From Lepidodermella squamata (lineage: Eukaryota; Animalia; Gastrotricha): DNA of 64,000 nucleotides. Made by a program: the position numbers and the translations under genes. Where the stretch lies: contig JBLDXI010000009.1 of assembly GCA_047495785.1 (NCBI GenBank), forward strand, positions 4,154,001 through 4,218,000, written 5' to 3'. Positions 49,801-63,850 of this stretch are shown here, piece by piece; the first letter of the stretch is position 1; the number at the start of each line of letters is the position of its first letter. Below the pieces are notes generated by a model. That model did not search any database. It was not told where the DNA came from and saw only the letters and a program-made list of their open reading frames with translations.

Positions 49801-50530
49801 TTAGTACATAAAAAGAATGAGGTGCAGATCGTTCGCAGGCCACGCTGTTACCTGTTGTTCCTGGTGATCGATAGGTCGAGGTGTTGCTCGAAATCTCGAA
49901 CGACAGACCGTCTGCGTTTGCACCCGTGTTGCCCCAAAGAACGGTATAATTGATGCTGAAATTCGGTATTAACGGTAAAGCCTGAAAGATTCAGTTAACA
50001 TGATCACATCGCACTTTCGCACCCTTAATTCAACCTGTTTGCTATACATGTGGCTGCATTGTGACATCGCGTTCTGCCCGAGACGTATTGCTCCGTTAGG
50101 CTGTGGATTCGGAATTCCAGGAAAGATGAACATGTCGTAGTTGCCTTATAAATTTCGAAGACAGTGGGGTAAGGCCTGAAAATTCTATAAATTTACTTGT
50201 GTCTCCGTTTTGCAGAGTGAATTGCGGAAGGAGCGTATCTTGGGGATATTTGAACAGGAGCGCTACAAGCAGCATAGCAATTTCTCTCTTTACTACCTAT
50301 TACTACTGAGCTTACTAGTTTTGCAGTCGCTGCCTGTCCATAAAGGCAGGCAAGTACAGTTGTTTGTTGCCGTGCAGTAGCCATTTGTTGGGCAGTCAAA
50401 GGAACAGGCTATTGGGTTTCATTTTCGTGATCTGCTCTTTGAGTTATAAATTTATCCGCAACTTACTCTGACCATATACTAGCGCCAAGCCCAACGAAAA
50501 TAGAGCTAATCTTATGAGCTGAAAATTCAT
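46831..50530 (-). CDS. Secreted EGF / L-type-lectin-like x2 / PAN / fibrinogen-C (FReD) protein, unit 1
   Basis: Signal peptide MNFQLIRLALFSLGLALVYG; EGF Cys repeats; lectin-like NADGLSFEI and IGDGFVFEI; PAN-like HCASFCKITANCQSANY..CTLL; FReD SCADAL..SGIY..PFEVWCDM..GGGYTV..RRDDGS..GEYFVGLDNL; ends EFRIK*. Confidence 0.85.
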
Positions 50531-51466
50531 CCTAGCATTCAACTCGAAGAAAAAATTAGGCTGTGAAACAATAGCTCGTGTGCGACTTCAAGTAACTTTC
50601 GACATTCTTATCAATTTTTCATCACCTGCTTTGCCACTTGCTTAAAAGTTAGTATCAAGGTATGAGCCGATCGACATGTTGCCTTGTCGAACACTTTTTG
50701 ATCTGCGAGGACGATCATTATCAACGCGGGATAGGTGATGCGTTTGCTCATTCGATATGCATAGTCTGCATGTATTAAACAGCTGCGCAGCAACGGGTTC
50801 GGTTTCTTATACATACATACATTTAACGGCTGATATTTTTGAAACAATAGCGAGAGTTTCGAACCGACTCGGTAAAACGGCTAAATACCTAGCCAAACTT
50901 TACTGGCGGGAAAGGCTCGTTCGATTAGGCAAATATAGCAGACCGTAAAGAATTAGAAGCCAAAAGAATGTTAAAAGGCGAAATGCGCAGCATTTTTTAG
51001 AATAAATTAAAGGAATTGAAAAGAATTTTCAGGATATTCAACTCCATTTTTCCGCTCTCATTCGTTTGTAAGAACAGTTTCCATAGCTTTCAACTCACTT
51101 TCATCTATGTGAGAAAACAGCACAAAAAATTCCCGCTAATTACATTTGATTAGATACTAATAACATTCTTAGCAATTCAATATCATAAAGAAACATTCTG
51201 CACAAATGTGACAACTGCAACCATGCTACGACCCTAATGCATGAGGGTTATGTCAGTAAAAACAACTCGATAACAACTTGATAAAATTATTAGAATAAAG
51301 AGCCTAAAAGTTTACGAAAAACTGGGCGCTGAGACTTCAACCGACCGCCCAATAATAACATACGTATTCGAATTCACTCAGGCATTGATAATAAATACAA
51401 GTATTCCATCAAATGCTTGAAGATCAAGGAAAAATATTCTAGTCAGGCTGAAGTTCCACCAAGTTT

Positions 51467-52839
51467 TTACTTGACACGAAATTCGATTCCTTGCATCGAA
51501 TAGTAGTAGCCGAGGTAATAATACGTCGAGATACCTGTGGCAAAATACGCCGGGCTAACTGTGTACGGACCATAGTAGTACTTTCCGAACGGATTCCTAG
51601 AATCAAACGTTAGTGCCTTCTACTGTTACTGAAAACGTGAAATATCTCACATGTAATGGCATGGGTTGTTATCTGTCCACAGAGGTCCTTGGAATTTGTT
51701 AATGCACCCAGCAACATCGTTGCTAATGCCTCTAAAAGCTCGCCCGTTGAAGCTGTCTGTTGGATCCCCTGCAGTTTACAATAGAGAGCTTTTTTCTGGC
51801 TATGCATTTATCCGTCTTACCTGTCCAACCTGCAGAGGCACTGAAACCAGTTGAATTAAAAACAAAATTTGGGGCAGCCCCTATTGTGAAAAATGTGTAG
51901 CGAACGGAAGCTTTGTTACCATCTCTATCCCAAGGCCAGACGATGATTACAAGTTCCTTCGGCGTTGAAACGAGACGGCGTAAATTATCAAGACCGATAA
52001 AGAATTCTCCGCTAGGATCACCCCTGTAACCTCGCATTGTGGACAAAGTTTGCCTGATGAATAGATTCTCGTTGCTTCCATCACTCCGTCGCATGAAAAC
52101 AGTATAGCCGCCACCTCCACCTGCCAGATCGTCGCCTACCATGTCACACCAAACTTCGAATGGAGTGCCCCCGTCAGGATTGACAGCGTAGATGCCACTC
52201 TTCGTTTGACCCTTTGCTAATGCGTCGGCGCAACTCGTGTAGTTTCGAGGTGCGCATTGGCCAACCCATTTGTTTGACTGGCAAGTTGCTGAACAGCTCA
52301 TGTACGGCTTCGCGCAACCTCCGACCATTTCACAAGCCATTTGCTGGCTCGGAATGTAGTTGGGCATCGACCAAGCATCCAGCGTAATATGCTGTATTCC
52401 AGCGGCACAAACTAGGGTAGTTCCCGAATCTCCGTAGCCCTTATCGAGCAGGGTGCAAAGTCGATCACTGGCTCTGTAGTTGGCACTCTTGCAGTTGGCT
52501 GTGATCTTACAAAACGACGCGCAATGGCCTGGTCCAAATACAACAGAAGACGTAAGAGTTGTAGCGCCATTCAGCTGATAGTCTTTGGCCACTTTCATCA
52601 GGTCTCCTTTGTTAAGGCCACAGGTGTCTCCTGTGTAGGGTTCCGGGCAGTCACACGAGCTATTTGTGCAGGTACCACCGTTCAAGCAAGGCGGGTCGCA
52701 TGTTGCTGAAAGATGAGAATGCTTGCTTTAATAGCAATATTTGATTTTTTAAAAACAAATCCATGTTGGACTTACATTGGCCTGCAACAAACGTTAGGCC
52801 CATCAAAACAAGTGAGAATCTTTCAATGCAATAATACAT
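51467..52839 (-). CDS. Short FReD gene (signal peptide-EGF-PAN-FReD), unit 2
   Basis: First exon MYYCIERFSLVLMGLTFVAGQ (GTAAGT donor) spliced to an EGF-PAN-FReD exon nearly identical to unit 1; ends EFRVK*. Confidence 0.8.
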
Positions 52840-53787
52840 TTTTTTATTCTGGACATGAGTATGGCAACTCGACAATTGTTTAAAGTTGTTCTAATATTAA
52901 ACAGTCTGTTTTCATTCTATGGAAGATTTATCGAATCCCGATCAAACTTCAATTCAGTTTTTTTTATTCCAGCGTGACATCGATCATTTCATGTGTCGAG
53001 AATAGTAACTGACGACATTTAACATTCAGCAGCTTGGAGTCAAAACAAAAGGCTCTCAGCTAAACCTTTCAACCCTGAGTAAATAAACAGCCAGCCTGTT
53101 GGGCTAGAAGTCGAGCCCATCATAAATTACTAATGCAAAAAATACTGCTTCAGGCAAAATGGCTTTGATGATAGATTCGTTTGCTCGTCTTCTTAAAAGA
53201 AAATAAGATCTATCGCTGCTGCATGGGGATGGGCGTTGTGTCATGTTGAAGCGAACATTTAACCTTGAAACAAATACTTGACCTCAAATATCAGCGTTTT
53301 TCTCGACTGATCGATTAGGATATGAATAATTGCTTCGAGACTGGTTTTATCACTCTCCTAGCCAAGAAATAGGTGCAGCCAATCAGCCTTCACATCGACG
53401 ATTTTAAGAACTGATATGCATACGTTTACTCGCTTTATTGGGGAGCGTTGAATATCCATGAAATTTAAGATAGATAATTTCCAATTTATCGTCCTGCATT
53501 CTTCGTATGTATCAAGTCACTGCAGGATAGACCCATTTTGGGATAATATTACGCAGGGTCTCTTCAGATGCGCAAACCTAGCTCTTGAGCAATTATCTGG
53601 TTATGAGTACCAGCTATTGTACTGGGCTTTTTAGCTTTCTCTGGCGCCAGAGCGTGCTAATAGAAAACATATCCGCTACGTTCCTTTTAGGCGGCGTATC
53701 ATATCATAGCCATAGGCAGAACGTGACTTTTTCTGAGATAAACAGGTTTTTCCTGTTTGAACGTTCAGTTTTTATTAGCATTAAAAC

Positions 53788-54642
53788 ATGGCAGCTAACA
53801 AAATGAAAGCGCTAACTGAGTCATGTACCGAATCCGTAGATCTCACTAGTTTCAAAGACTTGATTTCACGCTCGGATTTCAAAATCACCTGGCGAGACCC
53901 ATCCCTTCGTGAGACGCCCGAGGTCGCAATAAAAGACGGCACGCTGCTTCATCTTGTTACGCTGTATCCTAACGACGAAGAAGATCGACTGCAAGTCGTC
54001 AAATTACTTATTAATAACAAAATCGATGTTAACGCGAAAGATTCGTGCTTTGGCAACACTGCCTTGATGTTGGCTGCTATTAGAGGCAATCTCGAAATAG
54101 CTCGACTTTTGATCGATTCTGGCGCAGCGATCGACAATCAGAACGCAAACGGCGAAACGGCTTTGATGCTAGCTGCTGCGTTTGGAAAGCTTTCTTGCCT
54201 GACTTTCTTCATCGAGAAGGGAGCTGATTTTAATGTTGCTGATATCAAGGGGGTTACTCCACTTATGATTGCAGCCAAACATGGTAACTACGACGTTGTG
54301 AAGCTTCTTGGAGAGAGTAGAGCCAACTCATCCGTGGAGGACAATAGCGGATCAACCCCGTTACACTACGCTGCATCTGGCGGCTTCCTAGAAATTGTTG
54401 ACTACTTGATCAGTGGCAAGGGAGCTGAAATCAACGTTGCGGATAAATTTGGCCAGACCCCGCTGATGTTGGCTTGCGGATGTGGTCAACTCGAGGTGAC
54501 GAAGTATTTGCTCGGTGAAGGAGCAGCTTTGGACCTGCGTGATGCTAATGGATGGACTGCTCTAAAGTATGCCTTGTCCAACAAGGACGATGTCATAGCA
54601 AAGCTTCTCAAGGAATATGGTGCTGCACTAGAGGAGGAGTAA
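53788..54642 (+). CDS. Intronless ankyrin-repeat protein (about 7 repeats)
   Basis: Repeated G.TAL/TPL..AA..G...VV..LI..GA.IN motifs; single 284-aa ORF; AATAAA at ~54767. Confidence 0.9.
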   Translation: MAANKMKALTESCTESVDLTSFKDLISRSDFKITWRDPSLRETPEVAIKDGTLLHLVTLYPNDEEDRLQVVKLLINNKIDVNAKDSCFGNTALMLAAIRGNLEIARLLIDSGAAIDNQNANGETALMLAAAFGKLSCLTFFIEKGADFNVADIKGVTPLMIAAKHGNYDVVKLLGESRANSSVEDNSGSTPLHYAASGGFLEIVDYLISGKGAEINVADKFGQTPLMLACGCGQLEVTKYLLGEGAALDLRDANGWTALKYALSNKDDVIAKLLKEYGAALEEE

Positions 54643-54989
54643 CATTCAATTTGAGCGTTGAATTCGACAGAAATAGTAACCCGGTGCTTATTTAAAATGA
54701 GTTTTAACAAAAAAATTATGTGCTTTGTACTTGATCGACTTCAGCAGGAGCCAATAGCAAACAATTAATAAAACGGTTTCAATGCGGCTGGTTTTATTGG
54801 GAACAAATTGTTGTCCTAGTTGTCGTCAGTATTCTATTAGAGAGCTTAGATTTGGTATGAAGGCTGACTGCTGAATTTAGTCGAATATTGGAAATGGAGT
54901 AATCAAACGCAAAATCAAACGCAAAATGTAATCAGATCATTTTCGTTAATTAGGTTTATGATAGTAGCTTGATCATGCGCTCCCAATAG

Positions 54990-57900
54990 CTATTTCACTC
55001 GGAACTCGAGTTGCTTCATGGAATAATAGTTGCCCATGAAAAAAATGCTAGTCACGCCGGTACCAAAGTAGGCATCGCTCTGGGTGTAGTAACCATACAT
55101 ATACCTTCCGAATGGATTCCTGCCGAAGTAAGGTTATGTAGGTAAACAATGAAAATATAATCGGAAGTGCTCACAGCGAATGGCATGGGTTGTTATCTGT
55201 CCATACTGGGCCCTGATAACGATTAACACAGCCGCCTGCGTCGTTTTCAATGCTCCTGAACGGGCGGCCGTTGAAACTGCCATCGGCCATGTCGCCTAAG
55301 AAGTGACAAGAAAGGCATAACTTTACATAACTCAAAGAAATCACTCAACCGCTGAGACCCGACGAGGAAAAGCCAGCTGCAGAGAACACGAAATTTGTTG
55401 GGGCTCCGATCGTGAAAGAAGTGTATCGAGCGAATCCCTTGTTACCATCAGGCTCCCACGGCCAGAACAGCATGACGAGTTCTTTTGGGCTCTGAGCGAG
55501 TCGATATAGATTGTCCAAACCGATAAAAAACTCCCCGGATGGGTCGCCTCTATATGTCCGCATTGTGGCCACGCTTTGGCGGAGAAATAAGTTGGAATTA
55601 CTGCCTTCAACTCTGCGTAAGAAGACGGTGTAACCACCCCCACCACCAGCAAGGCTGTCACCCCGCATGTCACACCATACTTCAAAGGGGGTTCCGCCAT
55701 CAGGTTTGATCATATACACGCCAGTTCTTGTCTCATTTTTCGCGAAGGCATCGCTGCAACTCATGTAGTTTCGAGGTGAGCATTGGCCGACCCAACGATT
55801 CGAAACGCATGAGGAGTAGCAGCTCATGTAAGGCTTTGGACAGCCTCCAACCATTTCGCAAGCCATTTGTTGGCTCGGAATGTAGTTAGGCATCGACCAA
55901 GCGTCCATTGTCATATGCTGACTCCCGGCCTCGCAAGCTAAGCTCGTCCCAGCATCACCAAAGCCTTTGTCTAGCAACTGGCATCGCCTGTCGCTGAATC
56001 GAAAATTGACCCCCTTGCAGTTTGAGGTATCTTGGCATTTCGCAGCGCAGTGGCCAGGTCCGAGCATTGTCTGAGTTGATAAAACCGTAGCGCCATCCAA
56101 TCGGTAGTCTCTTGCAGCTTTCATCAAATTCGACTTGCTAATGCTGCAGTCAGGGCCAGTGTGAGTGTTGGGGCAGAAGCAGAAGTCGGGCGAGGTGCAT
56201 GTACCTCCATTTAAGCATGGCTGTGTGCAGATTGCTAAGTTTTAAGAATTAGCTACCCTGGCCTAGGAGGATATAGAAATCTTACGAGTATCGCAAGCAT
56301 TGCCGGTGAAGCCAGGGGAACAGACACATTTCGAAGCTGCCGCATTGCAAGTACCGAAAACGCACTTGGGCGAGCATGCGTTATCCAAAGTGTAGAAAGT
56401 TATGTCGTAAAGATCAATTGCATCGAATTTTGCGCCTGAAAATCCAGTAATTCCAAAGAAGACAGGACCTGGGATCATTGAGATGTCCAAAGCGAGACCA
56501 TCAAACAGAATTCGACACCTGACAACAGTGCACATGGATACCTGGAAGCCGAAAAGCTATGAAGCATCCTGATAAATATCGCTAACTTACTTGCACAAGT
56601 TTGCTGTCGATAATACGGAACCCAAACTGCATCTTCTGGCGAAGAATCGGATTCCCGAGTATTCCGAAGGTAGCAACGTTACCTGGACCCCAGAATAATG
56701 CATGCTTAGCCGGCGACCTGGTTGAAGAAAGGGAAATTCTATTGTATAGTGGTGACACAGTTATCGTGATTCCGGTCCGGTTGGCGTTGATCCATGACCC
56801 GAGATTTCCCACGGGTCTATCAATCGTGTTGTTGCTTAAAATCTCGAAAACAAAGCCGTCACCAATCGTTCCTGATTTCCCGACCTCAATGGTGACATTG
56901 ATGTTATAATTCGAGAGGCCAGTGATTGGCTGAAATTGAAATCAGTTGCTACAACGCTATGAATTCATCGAAACAAACCAATTTCGTGAACAATGAGCTG
57001 GTTAATGAAGCCTGGTTTGTAACCAGTCTTGTAGCCCCGTTTGCCTGTGGATTCGATACGGCCGAATTGATGTACAAGTTGTAGTTTTCTGTTGGTAAAT
57101 TGGATAAGATTTTCAAGGTAATTCTAGCTTCATTGATTAATTACGAGTATTGCTTGCTCCAAAGCTGTACTGCGCCAAAGCATTGGCGGAGCCGAACATG
57201 TTAGCAGATGGTGTCGTGCAGTCAGTTCCAGACCAACCTGGTAGACAAGAGCATATGTCTACCCCTGTGCAATAGGCGTTGGCTGTGCAAGGGGTGGAGC
57301 AGGTTGCGACTTCAAACAAATCCTCAGTGAAAACAATGGTGCATTAGTTAAGGCCAGCTATACCTGTATCGCAAAGGGTTCCGGTGAAACCAGGAGTGCA
57401 TGAGCATGTAAGCGTTGAATTGTTACAGGTTCCATAGACGCAAGTTGAATTGCAAACCGCGAGTCGTTGATACACTTTGATGTCATACAAATCTTGCTGA
57501 TCGTATGCGCCCCCATTGTAAGCCGTCATGCCAACTTGAATAGGCCCAGGGATGTTTCGAATATCAAGCCCGGTTAATCCAGTGAACAAATTCTGGCAAC
57601 CAGTGACCGCACAGAATGAAACTGTTGTGAGTAAGAAGTTCTCAAATCTTAGCCCGAGATGGAATTTCTGCCGAATCAATGGTCGAGTCATTGAAAGAGT
57701 TCCGGCGTTGCCAGTTGGGCCGAAGACGCCCAAAGCAGCACTGGTTGTTGAATAGGCTACAGCAGCTCTGGATTGCCAGGCGCTGATTCCAACGATCAAC
57801 CCAATTCTATTTGCACTAATCCAGTCAAACGGGTTGGCTGAAATATAAAAATGAAAGCGGTTAATATGAAAGGGCAACTCGAATACTGAGTGATCTCGGA

Positions 57901-58568
57901 ATTGATGAATTGCTGAGAAGCTCAAAGGCCATGCCATCTGCATATGTCCCCCAATTTCCAAAATGAACAGTGTAGTTGATGCTGAAGTTTGGTATTAACG
58001 GCAAGGGCTGCAAATACATGGAAATTGTCGTAAACTAAGTTTTGTTAAGGATGCAGAGTACCGCTTTGCTGAACAGGTAGCTTAACTGAGATGCTGTGTT
58101 TTGGCCCATTCGAATGGCTCCATTCGGCTGGGGATTAGTTATCGCCGAAGAAAGATATGTATCATAATTGCCTACGTAAGATGTGCTTATTTCAGCATTT
58201 CGAGTTCTTTTGTTTCAATCCTTACTTGTATTTCCATTCTCCAGAGAGAATTGCGGTAGTGCAGGATCAGGTGGGTAATTCCACGTGAGCGCTTTAAATC
58301 AATCAATACCCGGGACAGTTAAAGAATTATGCGTAATATGAATTAGGTCTCACATGTTCCGCAGTCAAATCCTGTCCAGCCAGCTAAGCACGTACAGTTG
58401 TTAGTTGCTGCGCAGTAGCCATTTGTCGGACAATCAAATGAGCAAGCTAAAAAATGATTTCAATCAAGCCGTTATCACAGGAACTGGAGTCAAACTTTGC
58501 CCGTAGATGAGACCGACGATGAAAGTGGAAATCAGCCATAGGCAAAATATTTTGCCTGATACTGCCAT
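54990..58568 (-). CDS. EGF / L-type-lectin-like x2 / PAN / FReD protein, unit 3
   Basis: Signal peptide MAVSGKIFCLWLISTFIVGLIYG; NYTVHFGNWGTYADGMAFEL, IGDGFVFEI, PVFFGITGFSGAKFD; PAN and FReD as in unit 1; ends EFRVK*. Confidence 0.85.
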
Positions 58569-58906
58569 CGTTTTTTAGAATAACGGAAAATGTCTGATTT
58601 TGTCAGTAAAAGGCCTCAACGCGAATTCTTAACCGTCTACCATGCAGACGGCTACTTTATAAATTAGTCAATCGTTAGGTGAGATGTGACTTGCCGCTTA
58701 ACTCATCGAAGCTATATAAGGTGCGAGAACCGTGACTGGAGGTCGCTAACAGCGCGGCAGAAATTTTTTTGATAACGATCGGAACAAAATCGAAAAATCC
58801 AGCCATCATGCTATGGGGAAATTTTTATTTATTTATTCACAGTCGTCGATAAAATTGGGGAATGTTTTTCCAATAGAGTTTATAGTTTCTGAGTTTCGAA
58901 GTTTTA

Positions 58907-61900
58907 TTACTTCAGCCTAAATTCAAGCTGCTTGAATGAATAACCGTTTCCGTTAAGAAAAGCGCTGGAGACACCCGTGCCGCAGTTCGCACCCGTTGAA
59001 GGCGTGCAGTAGGTGCCGTACAAATACCGGCCAAATGGATTTCTGGTTAAGGGAATCACGTGAAAACAGGTTTTTAACTACGCAATCTTACATGTAGTGG
59101 CATGCTGTGGCGTGAACCCAATTAGGACCAAAACGGCCAACGCAGTTAGCGTAGTCATTGTCCAAGCCCCGGAACCAATTGCCCTGGACGTTTGAAAACG
59201 GATCGCCTGAATCACATCGAACATTTATTGCTAAGGAAAGCAGGAAATCGCGTTTATAACCAACCTGTAAATCCAGGAGAGGACGTGAAGCCACTGGATG
59301 AAAGCGCGAAATTATTAGGCGGGCCAATAGAAAACGAAGAGTAGCGGGCATAAGCCTTGTTCAGACCGTCTCCCTCCCAAGGCCAGAATATGACCACCAG
59401 CTCTTTTGGTGTTAAAGTAAGTCTGTACAAGTTATCAAGACCGAGGAAAAATTCTCCGCCAAGATCTCCCCTGAGCCCTCTCAGAAGGGCGAAGTTCTGG
59501 CCGAAGAATAGATTCGTATTCCCGCCTTCAATGCGCCGCAGGAACACCGTGTAACCCCCGCCCCCACCAGCCAACGAGTCACCCTGCATGTCACACCAGA
59601 CCTCGAAAGGGACACCGTTATCCGGGTTGATCGTATAAATCCCACTCTCGGTTTCGCCCTTCGTAAACGCATCCCTGCAGTTTGTATAGGTTCGATTTTG
59701 ACATTGACCGACCCATACATTTGATACGCAGGTAGGAGCGCAATCCATGTACGACTTTGGGCAACTTCCAAGCATTTGGCAAGCCATTTGCTGGCTGGGG
59801 AGGAAATATGGCAATGTTCTTGCGTCGAAACCAGTATGCTGGACTCCAGCGGTGCAAACCAGAGTAACTCCAGGGTCACCAAAGCCTTTGTTCAGTAAAG
59901 CACATGTTTGGTTTCTAGTGAAGTAGTTCACGCTTTTGCAATTCGAATTTTGCTGACATCTAGCTAGGCATTTAGATGACGTGATGTTTGCCAAAGTTGA
60001 GATAGTCGTGGCTCCATTCAACTGGTAATCTTTTGCAACTTTCAGCAAATTGTCCTGGCTCATGCTACAATCGGCGCCCGAGTGGGTGTTGGGGCACACG
60101 CAAAAGTTCGAAGAAGTGCAGGTGCCACCATTTTGACATGGTTGGACACAAATAGCTGAAAATTGCAACTTTAAACTAGCTCATGAGAAGTAACAACCAT
60201 ACGTGTTTGACACTGGGCGCCAGTAAAACCGGGGGAGCATACGCAAAGAGAACCCATGCAATAGCCGTAGATGCATCGGGGCGTGCAAGATGCGTCGTTC
60301 GGGTTAAAAGCAATATCGTAAACATCGATTGTGTCAAATTTTGAGCCTGATACACCTGTTATCCCAAAGAAAACTGGGGCAGGAATCCGGGAGAAGTCGA
60401 TGACCAGAGACGGGAATAAGACTTGGCAATTAAACATAGTACACATTGAAATCTGAGGCAAAATGAGTAGTGAAAGTTGCATTTAATTTCGAGGAGATTA
60501 CCGATCTCAAAATGTATTGTTCAAATCGAAGGCCGATTTGCATTTTCTGTCGTAGCAGTGGGTGTCCAACGACTCCTAAATTCGCGACATTGCCCAGACC
60601 CGTATGAAGAGGAAACTGCGTAGGCGTGGTCGATGAGTAAACGCTGATTCTGTTGTAGTATGGCGAGAACGAGACACAGATACCCGTGCGTTTAGCATTG
60701 CGCCAACTGACAAGATTTCCCGCTGGCCTGACAATCGTACTATTGCTTAATATTTCCAAGATGAATCCATCTCCAATAGTCCCGTTTAGCCCGATCTCAA
60801 TCGTAACATTAATCGTAAAACTGGCCAAGCCACTTATCGGCTGGATTTAATAATTATAATCACACTCAATGTAAAGATATTCCAGCTTACTATTTTAGAG
60901 AACATAGAGCTCTGAGTCGATGTAGAAGCAACGAGGCGAATGGCACCATTCGACTGTGGGTTGGTAATCCCCGAATTTATGTAATAATTGTAATTGGCTA
61001 CAGTGAAACAGCTGAAAATATTCTATCGATTACTTTAATAGTATAAGAAACCTGAATTTCCAACTGCGAGCGTGTATTGCGAAATTGGGTTTGCTGCAGG
61101 AAACATCCATGCCGAAGGCGTGTTGCAACCAGCTCCGCTCCATCCAGGCATGCACGAGCAAGTATTTGTTCCAGTACAGTAAGCATTAGCTGTGCATGGT
61201 GTTGCGCAACTTGAAACTGCGAAGTACAGATTAATCACTATACGATGTGTTTTGCAGTAGTTTCAGATTACCTGTGTCGCATAAAGTACCGGAGTAGCCA
61301 CCGAGGCATTTGCAAGTTGACGTTGCCTGGTCGCAAGTCCCGAAAACACAAGGAGGGTTGCATACAGCCATTCTCTGGTAAACTTTGATATCGAACACGT
61401 CGTAAATGTCGTACGCTCCACCGTTCAAGCTCGTAATTCCCACTGAGAGCTGGCCCGGAATGCTTCTTATGTCAACTCCGGTAATGCCTGTCATTATGTT
61501 CTGGCACTGCCCAATCGAACAGAAGTAAACCGTGGTCAGTAGATAGTTCTCGAACCTCATGCCGACATGGAACTTCTGACGGATGTTAGCCCGTGCAATG
61601 CTAACGGTTAATTTGTTCCCATTACCATACACCTGATAGGCTGTCGGCGTCGTGAAGTAGCTAAGGCCTGCTCGCTGACCGTACGCACCAACTGACAGCA
61701 CTATTCCGGTCCGACTCATCATCGTATTTAAGTCACATAGGTTACCTGAGTCAAAAGTCATTATCGAACATTCTCAATATCCAATGTATTTACAAACCTG
61801 GACTTCTCAATATGGTCGAGCTGGTGATTATTTCAAAGGTGAATCCATCACCGCTTGTTCCAGAGTTACCCTGCTGCACGGTGAAGTTCACGCTAAAATT

Positions 61901-62475
61901 CGGCATTGACGGCAGAAACTATAACGTAAAATATACGATTAAGATTTTAAAAGTTCAAATCAGGCGCCTTTTTTCACCGCTTTGCTGTAAAGATTGCTGC
62001 AATGGCTCACTAAGTTCACACCAAGGCGTATCGCCCCATTTGGTTGAGGATTCGTTATTATCGATGGCCAGATAGCCAAATCATAATTGCCTGAAAGCAA
62101 GGAGAATCAGTCCTTCTAATGTCAGGCTATAGCAAACTATTTACTTGTATTGCCATTCTCCAACGAAAACTGGTTCAAAGGAGTATCGACAGGATAGTTC
62201 CAAATGAGAGCTATAGACATATGCATTACATTTCCAACTGACTTTATACTTCACGGGAATTTACATGTTGTGCAGTCTGAACCAATCCAACCCGGGAGAC
62301 ATGTGCAGACATTTGTAGCTGTGCAATAAGCATTTGTTGGGCAATCGGGTGAACAGCCTTGAAATCGTCAAACAAGTTCGGAGTTTCACTTTTTTGATAA
62401 TGGTCAAAACATACTCTGCGCATCAGCAAGCCCAAACAGTAATACAGCAAAAAGAGATTGTTCTAAAATCTTCAT
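58907..62475 (-). CDS. EGF / L-type-lectin-like x2 / PAN / FReD protein, unit 4
   Basis: Signal peptide MKILEQSLFAVLLFGLADA; SGDGFTFEI, IGDGFILEI; PAN; FReD; ends EFRLK*. Confidence 0.85.
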
Positions 62476-62828
62476 GATTTCCGAACGAAATGTAGTTTTA
62501 TTCTCGAAGACTGAACACCGACGGATAATCGCTTGCTTAATAATTGATGAAACACTCGTCAACCGTTCAAGAATCTCACCTTCGCTGGATTCATCATAGC
62601 AACGCCGAGAAGGGTGTTGGCGCGAATCAAAAAACAAATCAGCGATAACAGTTTAGGTGTGGAAAAACAATCAGCTCTAGATATTATTGATTACCTAAAT
62701 CGATCAAGCAGCAAAGAACACTACTTTAACTACTTTAACTACTTTTTCGGCGAGTTTCCAAAAACGGAAAGAATTCCATGTTAATCCGTCGTTTGGACGT
62801 ATATTCGATGACCATGGATCGAATATAG

Positions 62829-62879
62829 GATATCGATGACCTTGAATCGGTACAAAAGCGGTTCACAAAAGGACTGCTC
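62829..62879 (+). mobile_element. Tiny CR1-like RT remnant
   Basis: Encodes DIDDLESVQKRFTKGLL, near-identical to DIDDLESVQINFTKKLL in the LINE at ~17350-17395. Confidence 0.6.
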
Positions 62880-63122
62880 TATCGATGTTGATAAACAATT
62901 TGCAATAAAATGAGTTTGAGTATGAGGATAATAAATGGCAACAAATCAAATTTCGAGTAATCAAATTTCAAGTAAAAAATGCTTTTAATTACAGCGAACA
63001 AATTAATGTAAAATCAATCTTAGTCTTCTTCTGTTGAATAAAAGACAAACCCCGACTCGTAATCTCGTAATATCTGAGATCTGAGTATATTGTTATTCCG
63101 GGTTTAGGAACATCTTCTGATG

Positions 63123-63220
63123 TCCGTCCGAAGTTGCGTAATACGCGCCGGAGTTGGGCGCGTGCACGTCCGCAGAACGAGAGCCGAAGCGTCCGAATAC
63201 GAAGAGCCGAAGTTACACGC
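63123..63220 (+). repeat. Remnant related to the Harbinger-type MITE at 581-1453
   Basis: Shares CCGAAGTTGCGTAAT and repeated CCGAAG motifs with ~649-663. Confidence 0.45.
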
Positions 63221-63850
63221 ATCCAAACAATAAAACCGGGCGCAACAACGCAGTAAATTAGACAACACCGAAAGCGACAGCTTTTAAGATTTGTATCCAA
63301 GCTCTTGTAGTCCACAGAGTTTGAAGGTAGCGGGTGACTAAGAAAACATCTTGTTTTCGCCTCTTCATTCACGTCTAAAACGCCGCTTTTTACTTGTCAT
63401 CAACGACCTTGAGTAGGATGTAAACAAGCCTAAATCCGAGTTATTCAACGATCGATATCTGCCATAAGATTTTTTATTGGGAAATGATTATCCATGACAA
63501 GGTATTGTTTCTCTAATCGATTTCACAAAAAACTATTTATGAGGAGGGAGACGACGATATGAAGATCTCTGTCCGTCACGTCCTCACAAAGTATATCGAG
63601 AATGGTAGCTGCTTCAGTCAGAATTTTTTTTGGTTATTTAATAAGGAAATTAAGATGGCTTTACGGTCGTGGTCAGCTCGAAATATTTGATAACCAGTCA
63701 AGGGGAACAACAAGATTTTGTCTCGATTCTTGATGGACTGAAAATAGATGCAGTGATGAGTCAGGTTTTCAAAAAAAATTATATAATGGCTATCAATTTC
63801 TCAGGTTCATGGTGTCCATTTTAAGTCGCAGACATCAGATTCGAATGCTC

